The translations under genes and the position numbers were made by a program. Below, in pieces: positions 24,509-39,388 of a DNA stretch of 41,908 nt. The notes beneath the pieces are model-generated. The model saw only the letters and a list, made by a program, of their open reading frames with translations, ran no database searches and was not told where the DNA came from. This stretch comes from Proteromonas lacertae (Eukaryota), in assembly GCA_002245135.1 (NCBI GenBank), contig NGBS01000909.1:1-41908 (forward strand), in the 5' to 3' direction. Positions within the stretch are counted from its first letter, which is position 1, and each line of letters starts with the position of its first letter.

Positions 24509-26062
24509 ATGGAAGACAGCAGAGATTATATGGGTATTGATTTAGGTACGACTTACTCATGTGGAGCAATAGTAAAAGAAGGTAAGGTTGAAGTAGTGCC
24601 AACTCCAACGGGAAAACGAAGTACACCGTCAGTCGTAACTTATAAACAGAATGAGATTGTAATTGGTGAATCAGCCAAACATAACAGATTGATGAATTTA
24701 GAAAACACAATTTATGATTCAAAAAGACTTTTAGGTTATAATTATTTTGATCCAGCTATTATTATGTATCAGCAAACATGGCCATTTCATGTTGTAGAAA
24801 GAGAAGACACTTTAATGGTTGAAACAAAGATTAATGACTCACTTATTACTTACCATGCACCAGAAGAAGTATCTTCTCATATATTAGAATTTATCAGAAT
24901 GTATATAAGTTCATACACAGGGACAGATGCTAAGAAAGCTGTAATTACAGTTCCAGCCTATTTTCGATTTAGCCAAAGATTGGCAACCTATAAAGCAGCA
25001 AAATTAGCAGGTATAGAAGTATTAAGAATCATCAATGAACCAACAGCAGCATCAATAGCATATGCTTATCAAGAGAAATCTAATCTCTCATCAGTAGTTA
25101 TGAAAGATAATGAAGATAATAATGACATTATATCACTAGTATACGACTTTGGAGGTGGAACATTCGATGTATCAATATTATGTAGAAATATAGCAACCAA
25201 TACAATTTCAGTATTGTCTAGTGGAGGTGATAATCATTTAGGAGGTCAAGATATAACAGACAATTTAGTTAAATATTATGCCGATCTATTAAAAGAGAAT
25301 GATTATGATATATACAATCCTAAGAAATCAAAAGCACTTTCAAATCTTCGTGATCATTTGGATGATGCAAAAGTTCAACTCTCAATATCAACCTATGCAT
25401 CTTTAGATATGGAGTTATTAGATGATAATGATGTAGATTCTACTCTAACTAGATCTACGTTTGATGAAATCAATGCAGAATTATATAATCGAACTATGAC
25501 CATAGTGAAAGAGACAATTAGAAAAGCAAATAAAACATTTAGTGATATTAATGAGATTATATTAATTGGTGGATCTAGCAGAATTAACAAAATTCAAGAG
25601 ATGTTGGCTAATATGTTTCATAGAGAAGTATTACATTGTATAAATGCAGATGAAGCTGTAGCAATAGGAGCTTGTTATTATGCAAAGGATATAATATCCA
25701 ATAAGAATGAAATAAAGATACATGATATTGTTAGTCATAGTTTAGGAATCGAAGGTGAATCTACAAATGATAATAATTTAATGAGTGTTATTATACCAAA
25801 GAATTCGAAAATACCGTGTAGAAATAGTAAGACTTATAGGAATTTCTCCTCAGATGACAAGATAGTGATTAAAATATATGAAGGTGATAATTATTATACG
25901 ACTGATAATTATTTGGTTGATACTTTTGAAATTAGTGATATTGGCAAACACAGACAAGGTACTTTGATATATTCTGTTGAATTCTTATATAATGAAAATG
26001 GATTAACTGTAACTGTTACATATGAAGATAAATCATTTATTCATAAAGTTGGATATAACTAA
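24509..26062 (+). CDS. Atypical Hsp70 (NBD plus SBD-beta only), intronless
   Basis: GIDLGTTYS, DSKRLLG, TVPAYF, INEPTAA, DFGGGTFD, GGSSRI, DEAVAIGA. ATG 24509 preferred because the upstream extension overlaps the promoter motif. Confidence 0.9.
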   Translation: MEDSRDYMGIDLGTTYSCGAIVKEGKVEVVPTPTGKRSTPSVVTYKQNEIVIGESAKHNRLMNLENTIYDSKRLLGYNYFDPAIIMYQQTWPFHVVEREDTLMVETKINDSLITYHAPEEVSSHILEFIRMYISSYTGTDAKKAVITVPAYFRFSQRLATYKAAKLAGIEVLRIINEPTAASIAYAYQEKSNLSSVVMKDNEDNNDIISLVYDFGGGTFDVSILCRNIATNTISVLSSGGDNHLGGQDITDNLVKYYADLLKENDYDIYNPKKSKALSNLRDHLDDAKVQLSISTYASLDMELLDDNDVDSTLTRSTFDEINAELYNRTMTIVKETIRKANKTFSDINEIILIGGSSRINKIQEMLANMFHREVLHCINADEAVAIGACYYAKDIISNKNEIKIHDIVSHSLGIEGESTNDNNLMSVIIPKNSKIPCRNSKTYRNFSSDDKIVIKIYEGDNYYTTDNYLVDTFEISDIGKHRQGTLIYSVEFLYNENGLTVTVTYEDKSFIHKVGYN

Positions 26063-26106
26063 TTTATTGTATTTTACTCTATTTTTTGATTTTAATAAAA
26101 ACCAAA

Positions 26107-26124
26107 TCAAGCCAACAGGTTTGA
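26107..26124. promoter_or_regulatory. Example of the recurrent paired TCAAGC/TCAAAC upstream motif
   Basis: TCAAGCC at 26107 and GGTTTGA at 26118, about 30-45 nt before the CDPK ATG; the same motif precedes many other genes. Confidence 0.6.
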
Positions 26125-26151
26125 GTTATTCCAAAACGATTTTTATAAAAA

Positions 26152-27758
<1,607 letters not shown>

Positions 27759-27880
27759 AAGAAGAATAAATCTATATATTTCAGTGTTTATTCTTTTCTA
27801 TTTATAACACACACACATACAAAAGTAACATTTTTAAAATTCATAAAAAAGTCATGAATCACATTAAAAAAAATAGATTT

Positions 27881-29335
27881 TCACACAATTTTATGATTGT
27901 TATAAACCCATTCACCAGGACTGCTATTATCTAACATATGAAAATGGCTTTCAGTGTCTTTAGAACTTTGAAATCCATAAATAATCGAAGGAGCACTAAG
28001 GCCAACAATAAATGACAACGAATCTAAAGTAGAAGTATTTTCAAATTCATCTTTTGTTGTTACTGCTTTGGCTGATATAAATCCAGCTTGTCTTTCACCA
28101 TATTGAATTGATCCAAAACAATTCGAAACATTATCAATTAATGTCTTTTCATCATTTGTTAAATTGTAATAATTGCATATATTATTCGCTAATAAAGTTT
28201 GCATTATATGTTCTCCAGTACCAGATGTGCAACTACCAATCATATTTCTACTCACTTTACCATTTGTACTACTGTTATTATTATCTTTTGAACTATTATT
28301 ATTAGGAGTGGATAAATAGTCTCTACAATATATTCCACTACCATAACAAGCTACTGGTCCAATCCTTCCAATATGTCTTAATGGAGTTCCACCACTACTT
28401 GCACCACATGCCATATTCCCTTCATTATCAATAATTATCACTCCGACTGTATCATATACTTTATCTTTTTCGTGTTCATTACTACCTGACGTTGTAGCAG
28501 CATTAGTTGTAGTTGCAGCTGTAGTTGATGTTGATGATGATGATGTAGTAGTAGTAGTATTAGTATTAGAGGATGATGTTGTTGTTGCTGCTGAAGTGTT
28601 GTTACTATTGTCAATATCTTCTTCCATTGCATCTACATCACCATCATCGTCTTTTTCTTTAAATATTTTTCTTTTCTTTGATTTGTGAGTGGTTGATGTT
28701 GGTAAATGAGATTGCTTTTGAGCGTATAATTTTCTAGTTATTCTTTGGAATTCTAATAAAGCATCTGGACTGATTAAAGTGATATTATCGGCAAAAGGTA
28801 TATGACAAACATCAATTGCATATTTATGAGCACCTTCTCCACATAATAGTGCTGGCGCTAGTGTATTTCCTCTTGACTATATATCATATATAGAAATTTC
28901 TATACATTTAACTGATCTTGCAATAATCTATAAGCTACAGCAGATGGAGTTGCTATATTACGTAATGCAGCAACAGCACCATATAAGCCAGTAGTTCCAT
29001 CGATAATACAAGCATCCATTTCAATTGTACCTTGCTATTGTGATGATATACAAATAGAAAAATACATGAGTCAAAGCACTTCCGTATCCTGCATTTGCTA
29101 AAGAGGATTGCTCAAAGTGGGACAAAGCAACCTGTACTGCTGCTGACAAGGAAATGCCCTATGATATGAATATAATACAGCATACTGCATTTAATTTTGC
29201 TAATGTGTCTGCAAACACTTCATTAATTAACAGCTTGTATGCTAATATACACATAAAAACGACATTTATACCTCCAGTATTTTTCTTATTATAAATTCCA
29301 GCACCGACATGCACAAATATGTGATACTCCTTCAT
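27881..29335 (-). CDS. TASP1: Threonine aspartase 1 (taspase-1, asparaginase-2 family Ntn hydrolase)
   Basis: VHVGAG, NAGYGSALT, IEMDACI, LLCGEGA, autocleavage site YD/TVG, GASSGG, GRIGP, TSGTGE; four introns. Confidence 0.88.
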
Positions 29336-29653
29336 TATCTATTCTGCAAAAGCAACTTGAAAATGTTGACTCAGTACAAACGGCTATATTTTTTAGAAAT
29401 AATCAATAACTGTCTAAATTAGTCTTCAGAAGTTATCTTCATATTAAAGCAAGCACAACATATAATAAAAGTTCAATAAAAAGTTAATAAGAGTAATGGT
29501 TGGAATTGTATTTCAACAATAAATACTTAATTTATTAATAGTTTAATACACATCATAATTCCTTTAATATTTTTTTATGCTTGAATCAAAGATACTTATG
29601 AAGAAATTGAATATAGTCGTTAAGAATTTTTAAATTTTGACCTTTTGTTTTTG

Positions 29654-32600
29654 ATGAATTCTGGTATATTTACAACAAATATAGCTTATAGAAAAGGAAA
29701 ATATATACAATCAGAACGAATATAGTCCAAGTCCACATTTAAATGTAAAGAAATGCTTGAATGAAGAATTTGTTAGTTTGATAGGAGGTATCTAGTAAAA
29801 TAAATTATATTTTAGGAAATACACCAGAAAGATTCAAAGAAGTGAAATTAATACCAAGAAATAACTCCTATTATAAACCTCAATCCACACTATCAATCGA
29901 TCACAATAAGATATTGGGAATATCAACATCAGCAGATGAATTAAGCAAGAAAGAGCAGGAAGAAAACTATATTGCTTGGTTCAATTCATTATTAGAAGAT
30001 AATTCAATGGAGACTACTGCATTATCATCACATATGTATTTAGATAAGGATATATATATATATATATATATTCATAGTTCACCACTGAAAAGACTTGAAA
30101 ATGAAATAAAATGTGCAAAATACCACAAACAAGCTAAAAACATATACAACAACAATTTAGAATTAATAAAGTTAATAGAAACAGTATATATCACTATTAT
30201 AAATTAAATATATTAGGAAATTGCTTTAAATAAGTTACAAATCAGTCCATTGAAAGAAATGGATAAAGATATTGGTTTACAAACAATTATCATGAATTTA
30301 TTACTATCATACAATCTACAGTATTTGAGATTAGGCTTAGAAACAATATTTGGAGTAATGATAACCAGAAACTCAACAAAATCTCAACAAGATAGTTTAA
30401 GAGAATTTATAAAGCAAAATTTCATCAATGATGATGAAATAAAGCACAAATATAGTAAAACAAGATTAGGTAAATTCAGTAATGAATATAAACAAGAATT
30501 ACAGTCAATAATATTGTTTAGATTTCTGATATTGATATACATCTTAGATAAATGCAAACTGCAGAATATTATACCAACTGTATATATTATTATAATCTCA
30601 TTATTATTGTTTTTAGCAAACTTGTTTGTTCAAAAAGAAATCAACATTCAAATCTTCTAAGGATATATTATATGAATTTTCAAAGAGTTTTTTGACAGGA
30701 GAAGGTGACATATTAAGACATTTAGGATTATTTGTATAATATAATATAATATATATGATGATCATAATATATAAATTAATAGAAATATAAATTAGAATAT
30801 AAACAAACATTCTTAGATGAATTCGATTATAAAATCTCAAATTTAGCTGTTGATATGAGAGATGGAATTCGATTGGCTAAAATAATGGATGTATTGAAAA
30901 ACAATCCGCAATTTAATCTATTAGCAGAAAGTAAGAGTTCCTGCAAACAGTCGATTACAGAAAGTATATAATCTTCAATTAACATTTACAGAATTAGAAG
31001 TATATATATTTGTAATTATTGCTTTATAGAATGAAAATATATTACTAAAAGATATGAAAATAGGTACCATCACAGTAAATGATATAATTATTGGTCATAG
31101 AGAGAAGACTTTATGTTTATTATGGAAAATAATAAGTAACTATGGAATTCACACAAAAATACCATATGAAGTATTATTAAAAGAAATATATAATATTTAC
31201 TCAAATTATTCAGAGATAAATGAATCTGATAAACATTCAAGTTATATTATTCATTGGATTAAAGCATTGTATTTACATTTCAATATAACAAATGAAAAGA
31301 TTAAAACCATTGAAGATTGTAATGTAAAAACAATTGGTGTTATATTATGTTATTATTACAGCCATATGATGAAATTGATTGACTTACAAAACACTAATCA
31401 ATACATTTGCAATAGGATCAAAGAAATATTGAAGAAATTAGATTTTAATGTGTATTTTATACCAAACCAAGCTGTCGTTTATGATAATAAGACTATTAAT
31501 CTCATTATATCTACATTATGTTATAATATAATGATGATGAAAGAATATAACTTTGCAGCTATGAAAATACAACGTTTGTGGAGAATTAAACATGTCAATT
31601 TTGTTTCTAAATCCCATCAAAAAGCAATTAGAATAATAAAGAAGTTAGTTCATAATAAAATGCAAAGAAAACACTTCAGAATGATAAATGAAGCAGCCTA
31701 TCTAATTCAGTATAAATACAGAATACATAAGTTAAGAGTTCAATATAAGAAAACCAATGATGCAATTGTCAAAATCCAATCATTTATTAGAATGATTTAT
31801 TGTAAGAATCTGTTACAATCAGAAAGGCAAACAATGTATTTCTTAACACAAATTAAATACAAACTGCATTTTATTAGTGCAATTAAATCCATTCAAAGAC
31901 ACTATAGACTCAATAAGTATATGGATAGAATAGTCAAAATACAGTCATTTTCTAGAATGTGTATTAATAAGAGGAATTATATTCATATTAAACAAAATAT
32001 AATTAAATTACAATCAACAATTAGAATGATGAATCAACAATTCAGATATTATTATCAATTAAAGTCTGTTTGCATCATTCAATCATTTGTGAGAATGATT
32101 ATGAAGAGAAGATTGTACAAACAACAGAGGAAGGCAGTTATAACAATCCAAAAACAATTTTTTGGGATAATTAAAGCTAAAAATCAATTAAAGAGTTTAA
32201 AATTCAATTACTTAAATAGAAAGAAGTGTGAATCTATTGTGAGAATTCAGAGTTGGTTTAGAATGATTAAATGCATGAAATATTTTAATACAATAAAAAG
32301 ACACACTACTATTTGTCAAGCTAACATTAGAAGAAATCTATGTAGTAAATCATATAAAGAAATGAAAAGATCTGCAAGTGTTATTCAGAATTATTTCATT
32401 ATGCATTTGATAAGAAAACAAGAGAAGGAAGAAAGAGAATTTATTCATTCAATTACCGTTATTCAGAGTAATATAAGGAAATATTTATGTAGAAAATCAT
32501 TCAAACATATAATGAATTGTATTATAAAGATACAATCATTTTACAGAATGATTATTCAAAGAAGAGAATATAAACTGATGATTGAACAATATATATATGA

Positions 32601-33608
32601 AAAACAAACAAAAGCAGCTGTTAAAATACAAAGTATATTCAGAAGATTAATTCAACAAAGTAAGTATCAAAATATTCTATTTGGTATTTTGAAATTCCAA
32701 GTGTTATACAAAATGTATTATCAAAACAAATTCATTAACTATTCTGCAACTAAAATTCAATCAGTATTTAGGATGTATGTTTTAAGAAAACAATATATAC
32801 AAAACTCTGAAGAATATAAAAGAATATTATTTGAAAGATATGTTATACAAATACAAAAACATTTCAGAGGTAAACAATTAAGAAAGAATATAAAGTCAAA
32901 TAATAAACTAAACAAAATAAGAAAGCATTTACTATTGATAGAAAAAGATCCATTGAAACAAAAGAAAACATTGAAAAACAGAACAGCTGAAGCATTAAGT
33001 GTTATTTTGAAGGAAAAACAATTGAGTAAAATAATAACAGCATGTGAAGAATTATGTATATTCATGTATATTTATATATTTTTGATTAGATGTAACAATC
33101 CAATTATCAACAAGATGCTGTGATGTAACAATACAACAAGGATGCATAGCTGTTTTAACAAAGTTGATGGACTCTTGCAATAGATCTCAACCACATATTA
33201 TTCTAAGATCAATAATTATGAGAATATTCTATATAATTGCTACTTATACACAATATCACAAATATTTAGTTGAAAAAGTGTTGATGGATAGAATAATTGA
33301 TTATATAATGATAATTAAGAAAGATGTTGATGTTATTGAGATAATATGTAGTTATTTACTTATGTTAATGTCCAGTAATACCGTTGAGACAGTATTAATA
33401 CTCTAATCATTATATATTGTTATAGAAGACAATCTTATCCCCTTCTCAATGGATTCATTTGTTAGCATCTTTGCGTTTGGTTGACAAATCTCTTGCTTCA
33501 ACAACAATTAACGCTAATAGTAAAGAAGGAAAAGAAATGAAAGTGAAAATAGCTAACAATAGAGAAATGATTAAACAAATTGAGTCAATAAAGAAATCTA
33601 TTAAATAA
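29654..33608 (+). CDS. ASPM: Abnormal spindle-like protein (CH domains, IQ repeats, C-terminal HEAT/ARM)
   Basis: [66 protein letters not shown], many IQ...R repeats, CNRSQPH; about 10 introns; one +1 indel near 30930. Confidence 0.92.
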
Positions 33609-33879
33609 AAATGCAAAATTATATATAATGTTTCCATGTAGAAATTGTTTATTAACGCATATTTCATAACTAAACAGTATTTGAGTGTATCTTCAAATAC
33701 TTGCTAAAACAAATGTTAGATCTGCATAAAATATCCATTTTTATGAATGAATACCGTGAAATAGAAATCTATGTAAAAAGCAGGTTCTATTTTCTTACCA
33801 AAAAATCGAAAAGAACATTTCTTCTTTTCTTGAATTTCTACTTTCACTTTCTTGAAAATATTCATCTATTTGCATCACT

Positions 33880-36800
33880 ATGTCGACCATAACAAATGAA
33901 GTAGGAGTAGACAAGTATACTTCATTTCTTCTTACAAATGATTAGATTATTACGTCCATGCTTACCTTACACCAAAGAAAACACCGAAAAGATCAAATCA
34001 ACTGTAGCTAAGCAAATTGAATACTTAAGCAAGGAAATTAAAGCTTCTAATCCTGATTTCAACCACATTAGAGATACAGTTCAATTCTTAGTATACATTT
34101 TATTTTAATGTCTAGTCTGAAGTGAAAAATCAAAGTGGATTGATGACTTTCGATGAAGAAAAAACATTTTTGCAGTTAATGTTAACTGCATTAACACATC
34201 CAAAAGCAAAGTATAATAAATCATTATATAATGTGATAGTGATTATCATCGTTCAGTTATAATTCCTGAAATCAACAAAATCATTATTACTCGTGAATTA
34301 ATCGAATGTACCTTTGATTGGAAGAATCTCTATCCATTATTAGCTTGTAATACTGAAAATGGAAGGTTAAATGCAATGAGTGTTATGAATATCAAAGAAT
34401 ACAGCAAAAGCCTCAGTGATTTCTTTCAAAACATCAATAGAGTAATGCCAAGTAGTGAAATGATGAATGTAATCAATGAATTCCGTATTCCTGTTTATGA
34501 TGAGCATTGCACTAGAGAATATATTGATAATTTAATAACAAAGTTGTCAATCTTCTTACCAAATTCACCTATACCAACAGATGTGATAGATAAATGGATA
34601 GAAATCGTATATGAGTATTATATGAACGAATCAAAGAAAATTCCATCCACATTAATCAGCCTATTAACAATGTGCGTTATAAATTCCCCAAATTATGATT
34701 GGTCCAAAATTTTCGCACTCCAAAACGGATATAATTTTGCACTTAGTGGAGAAAATTTGATATTTGAAAGTGTTTTAATTCCTTACGATAAACCATTAGA
34801 ATCTACTCACATCAGACCGTTAGTGGAATATTTATGTAAATCGTTAAAGACAATTCAATTATTAAAAGTTGGAGGAGATAGAAAGAATCAGAAGATTGAT
34901 AAATGCAATGAAGCATTATATCAATTATGTAAGTTATTGATAAGAATTGATGTGTATAAGAAGAATAAGATTGAAGTAAAGAATATTGAATTTACTGAGG
35001 AAGAAAAGAATGAATTAGTGAAGTGGACTTGGCCTTTGATTGAATTTGTATTTATTAATCTTTATATAATATATATATATATATAATAGGCATTATTTGA
35101 TGATGATGGTTTAGATAAACACAACATCTTAATCTACGAAACATTCTCTGCATTCTTACTACCAAAGTTACTAAGATGTATTAATGAAGGACTAGATGTG
35201 GCAAACATCAAACAAACCTCCAAAACCATAGCAGCTATTAAATGTTTAGGTTTAGGAAATGAGATATATTTATATCCATCACCAAATTCAGAATATTTGA
35301 ATGTATTATTATCTTCATTGGATTTTATATATGAAAGTTGCAATTCGATTGATGAAAACAAATTGAAAGATTCTTTAAGAGTATTGAGTAGTTTATATAA
35401 GAAGATTAACTTATCCAGTATAAATAAATAAATATATATATATATATATATTTTAATATAGTGGAAAGTTCTGAAGTGGAAAAATTATACAAAGATGAAA
35501 ATCCAACAGTAACATCACAAATGACTCAATTATTTGAATCATTAAAATCACATGCAAATGAAATCTTAATCAATGTAGAAAAAGTAATGAAAAACACTAT
35601 ATTAGACTGGCAAAAAATAGATATTCAAATATATCAAACTATCTTATCCACATTACCAATAAAGGATATAGAATATTGTTATGAAATAATAATGAAAGAT
35701 GTAATGGAAGATTTAGACAATTTAGGACAAGTTAGAAATGCTGTGATACAAATGAGTAGGAATACAAGTATAGACAGTGTAGTAAAAATCATTAAAAACA
35801 TATATGAAAAGATGATTGATGAAAAGAACAACAGTTTAAATGTGAATAAAAATATGGCAATGAAATATTATGATTTAATTAACTTTATATTATCCTACAG
35901 AGTTGATTTTATACATCCAAATTGGAGTGTTTTAAAGACAATCATTGATATTGGATTGAAGCATGAAGAGAAGGAAATTAGGGATTCTGCTTTGGGTGTA
36001 TTAACAACTGTTAAATTCGCTTATCATCACACTGTAAGTACTAATTACAATTTAAGAAGTATTAAAGATAAAAAGATTGGATATACTACTAATGAAGTAG
36101 ATACAATAAAGATTGAGATAATAAACAATAATAATAAATACGAGGAAGTATTAGAAGATATAATTAACCACTATATCCATCCACAAATGGAGAAAATAAA
36201 GAAATTAATAAGTAATAAAAGTCATGATAAGAATGAATGGGTTGATTCTTTAGATATAATCTGCAGTTCTTTGTTTATTGATATAAATAGTATATTGTTG
36301 AATAAATGTAAAGAATATGAGTTATTCAATAAACTAATGATTGTTTATGATTCAAAGAAGATCAATACTCTTGTCAGTGAATTATATAGTCTATTACACG
36401 AAGTTTATACCTTCATAAACAGTTGTAATAACCTTTCTGAACAAATAATTAAAAGTATTGAAGATATTGGATTAGTTTTACATTTACAACAACTTGTAGT
36501 AGTAAAATATAACATTAATAGATGTGTTTTGAATCATAAAGATTATATAATATCAAGATATCAATATCATGTTGATAGATATGTTTTGAATAAGAAAGAT
36601 GTGATGAAACCATATCCATTTTATTCATTATTTGATTGGAAGATAATGTGTGGAAAAAGATTCAATAAATTATATATCAAATCATCATTATTCTGTAGTT
36701 TATATTTAAATATGTATATTATTATTTATTATTTATTAATATATATTAGTAATTCAAAGAATGAAATGAACGAAATAGTTAAACCAATTGAAGCATATTT

Positions 36801-38856
36801 GAGTGATTATATCAATACAGAATCACATATTAGAACGAAAGATGAAGCTAAAATGCTCTTCAGTAATGTGTTACCATTATTCCATAACAATTTACCTCAA
36901 TTCCCTGATGTATTCTACAATAAACTAATTAATATGAAATATACTGAATCATTGACTGCATTAGTGAAAGTAGTAAAGATTATATTGAGAGAATATTATG
37001 ATTTCAACTTCTTCAAGAATATGATTTCTATTCAGTTACATTTACCTGAATATTTAAAACATTTTGAAGGTGATAAAGTTGAAAGTGCTGAAAATATTTA
37101 CTTCCAAATAATCTCTGAAACACTCTTTGATATTACTGTTCCTGTAGTAAAAGATGAGAATGAATACAATAACTTGATATTAGAATTATTAAAAGATTAT
37201 AATAATAAACAATGGAGATATCAATTGAATGTTTTAGCTTCATTCTATAGCTTGTTATTAACAGGAAATGTACCAACAAATAAAGTCAATAATGCTATCA
37301 CAGAAATGATTAGAATTGGTTTAGTATGTGATAATCCAAATATTCAATTCATTTCCTTCATATTATCAGGTTTTATTGCTCATTATTATCCTTCATTATT
37401 CACTAAAGAGTTAGCAGAAGTTTACAAAGATGGAAATACTTTAAACAAAATATTTGAAAGTATTATACCACTTATGAATGAGAGTTTTGATAAACCAAAT
37501 GATATAGCGAAATATTACAATGGAATGAATTTGACTGATACTGTTGTAGGATTATTAACCTATCTTTCAACAGTCGATAACTTTGATTTTAGGACTAGAT
37601 CATTCTCATTATATTTGACAATATGTAATACTATTAGAAGAATATGTAGAGTGTTAAAGAATGATTTAGTTTGTAGTATTTATGAAGGAATGAAAGAGTT
37701 TACTAAAAGTGTTGATTTAAAAAGATGTAGAATCTTATCAGCTGTAGTAAAAGGTGTATTTAACTACATAATAAAAGATGATTCTAAGAATGAGATTGAT
37801 ATAAATAAATTTATGAATTTATATAATTTATTAAGTGAGAATATTGGTGGATCAAGTGAATTAATATCTAAACTATTCAAATATGAAGGAAGAATAGATA
37901 GTGGTAGTGAAACTAAACTAATCCCAATAATCTCCAATATAAACGAGATGATTAATGGTATAAAAGATAGAAGTAATAATCTGACAAAGTTATGTAGTTA
38001 TATAAAGAGTTTGAATGAATTATTATTCTTATTATTCCCATTTTATATAGATGATAGTAAGAGTAAAGATATAGTTATAGTTGGAAAGAAGATTTTAGTT
38101 TTATTAAAAGACTTATTGAATAGTGATTATGTTATATTATTAGAGCCAAGTGTCAGATTATATATGTATTTCTATCATAGTAAATTCAACAAACGAAATG
38201 AGAAAGATAATGAATTAAGTAATGGATTAAAGAATATCAATGAAGATATAAAATCAAGATTAAATCAATATACACAGAAATATATAAATGAAAATTCATT
38301 TGAAACTAATAAAGAAGGAAAAGAATATTTGATTTATTTACATATTATTAGTCGTATATTTATATATATTATTTATATTATTTATATTATATATATATAT
38401 ATAGAATTATATTCAAGTTTATCATATTACAAACAATTAAGTTACATCTATGAATTAGTTGTTCCATTAATCCGTTCATCAATGGATAATCAACAATTTG
38501 ATGAAATTTATCATCAATTAATGAAATTTACTTTACAAGAATCACTGAAGAAGAAATCAAAGAAGATTTTTGGAATATTTTCAACTTATTACTCTCCAAT
38601 AAGTCACCAATGGTTAGAAAACAAAAGTTTAGCAAGAATTGGATCATTTTCAATGTGTAATAGTGATATATTACATAATTTGGAGATTCAGGATAAGTTA
38701 TATAAATTAATATATAAAGGAATGTTTGATGAAGATGTAGATGTTAGAAATAGTTGTTACAATTCATTAATATTTATATTATCCAATTATAATGAAGAGA
38801 AATTATTAAAGAAAGTGAAGAATTATGAAGCTAATTATAATAAAGCAATCTCATTA

Positions 38857-38893
<37 letters not shown>

Positions 38894-39189
38894 AATAGAA
38901 GAAAAGTAATAATCCTAAATGGATTAATTTAATGCATGGTTGTGTTATTGGTTTTAGTTCCTTATTAAGTTTAAATATCTGTGAAATGGAATGTTATACT
39001 GCAAGAGTGATTGAATTATTGTTGAATATAAGTTCTTATCCCAATCCTATAGGTGATAATGTTAAGAGAATTATTAATATATGGAAGAAAGTAAATCAAG
39101 ATAATTTGAATAGATGTGAAGAGAAAATGAGTGAAAGTCAGTTTGATTTGTTGAAAGAGACTTTGGTTTCTTCAAATTATTTCTCATAA
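33880..39189 (+). CDS. PSME4: Proteasome activator PA200/Blm10 (large HEAT-repeat protein), divergent
   Basis: N-terminal LPY; C-terminal HGCVIG...PNPIGDNVKRII..WKKVNQDN...ESQFDLLKETLVSSNYFS* aligns by eye to the PA200 C-terminus (...LVSPCYYA); about 8 introns. Confidence 0.8.
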
Positions 39190-39388
39190 ACGACAATTCT
39201 ATGATATTATTCAAGTAGAGACTATTATTATTATAAGATATATTGTTAATCTGGTTTTTGTGTTTTAAATTTCATTACATTAACTAAAATGAACCTCATA
39301 ATTACTAACTTAATTATATATACACTTTACATAGCACTTCATCATGAAATAATTCAAAAATAAATTCAAGCTGAGAATCAAGCCTAAG

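Noticed and set aside
30925..30975. +1 frameshift in ASPM as programmed recoding
   Set aside because: One extra A in GAAA explains it, and the conserved [10 protein letters not shown] motif lies in the new frame well before any stop
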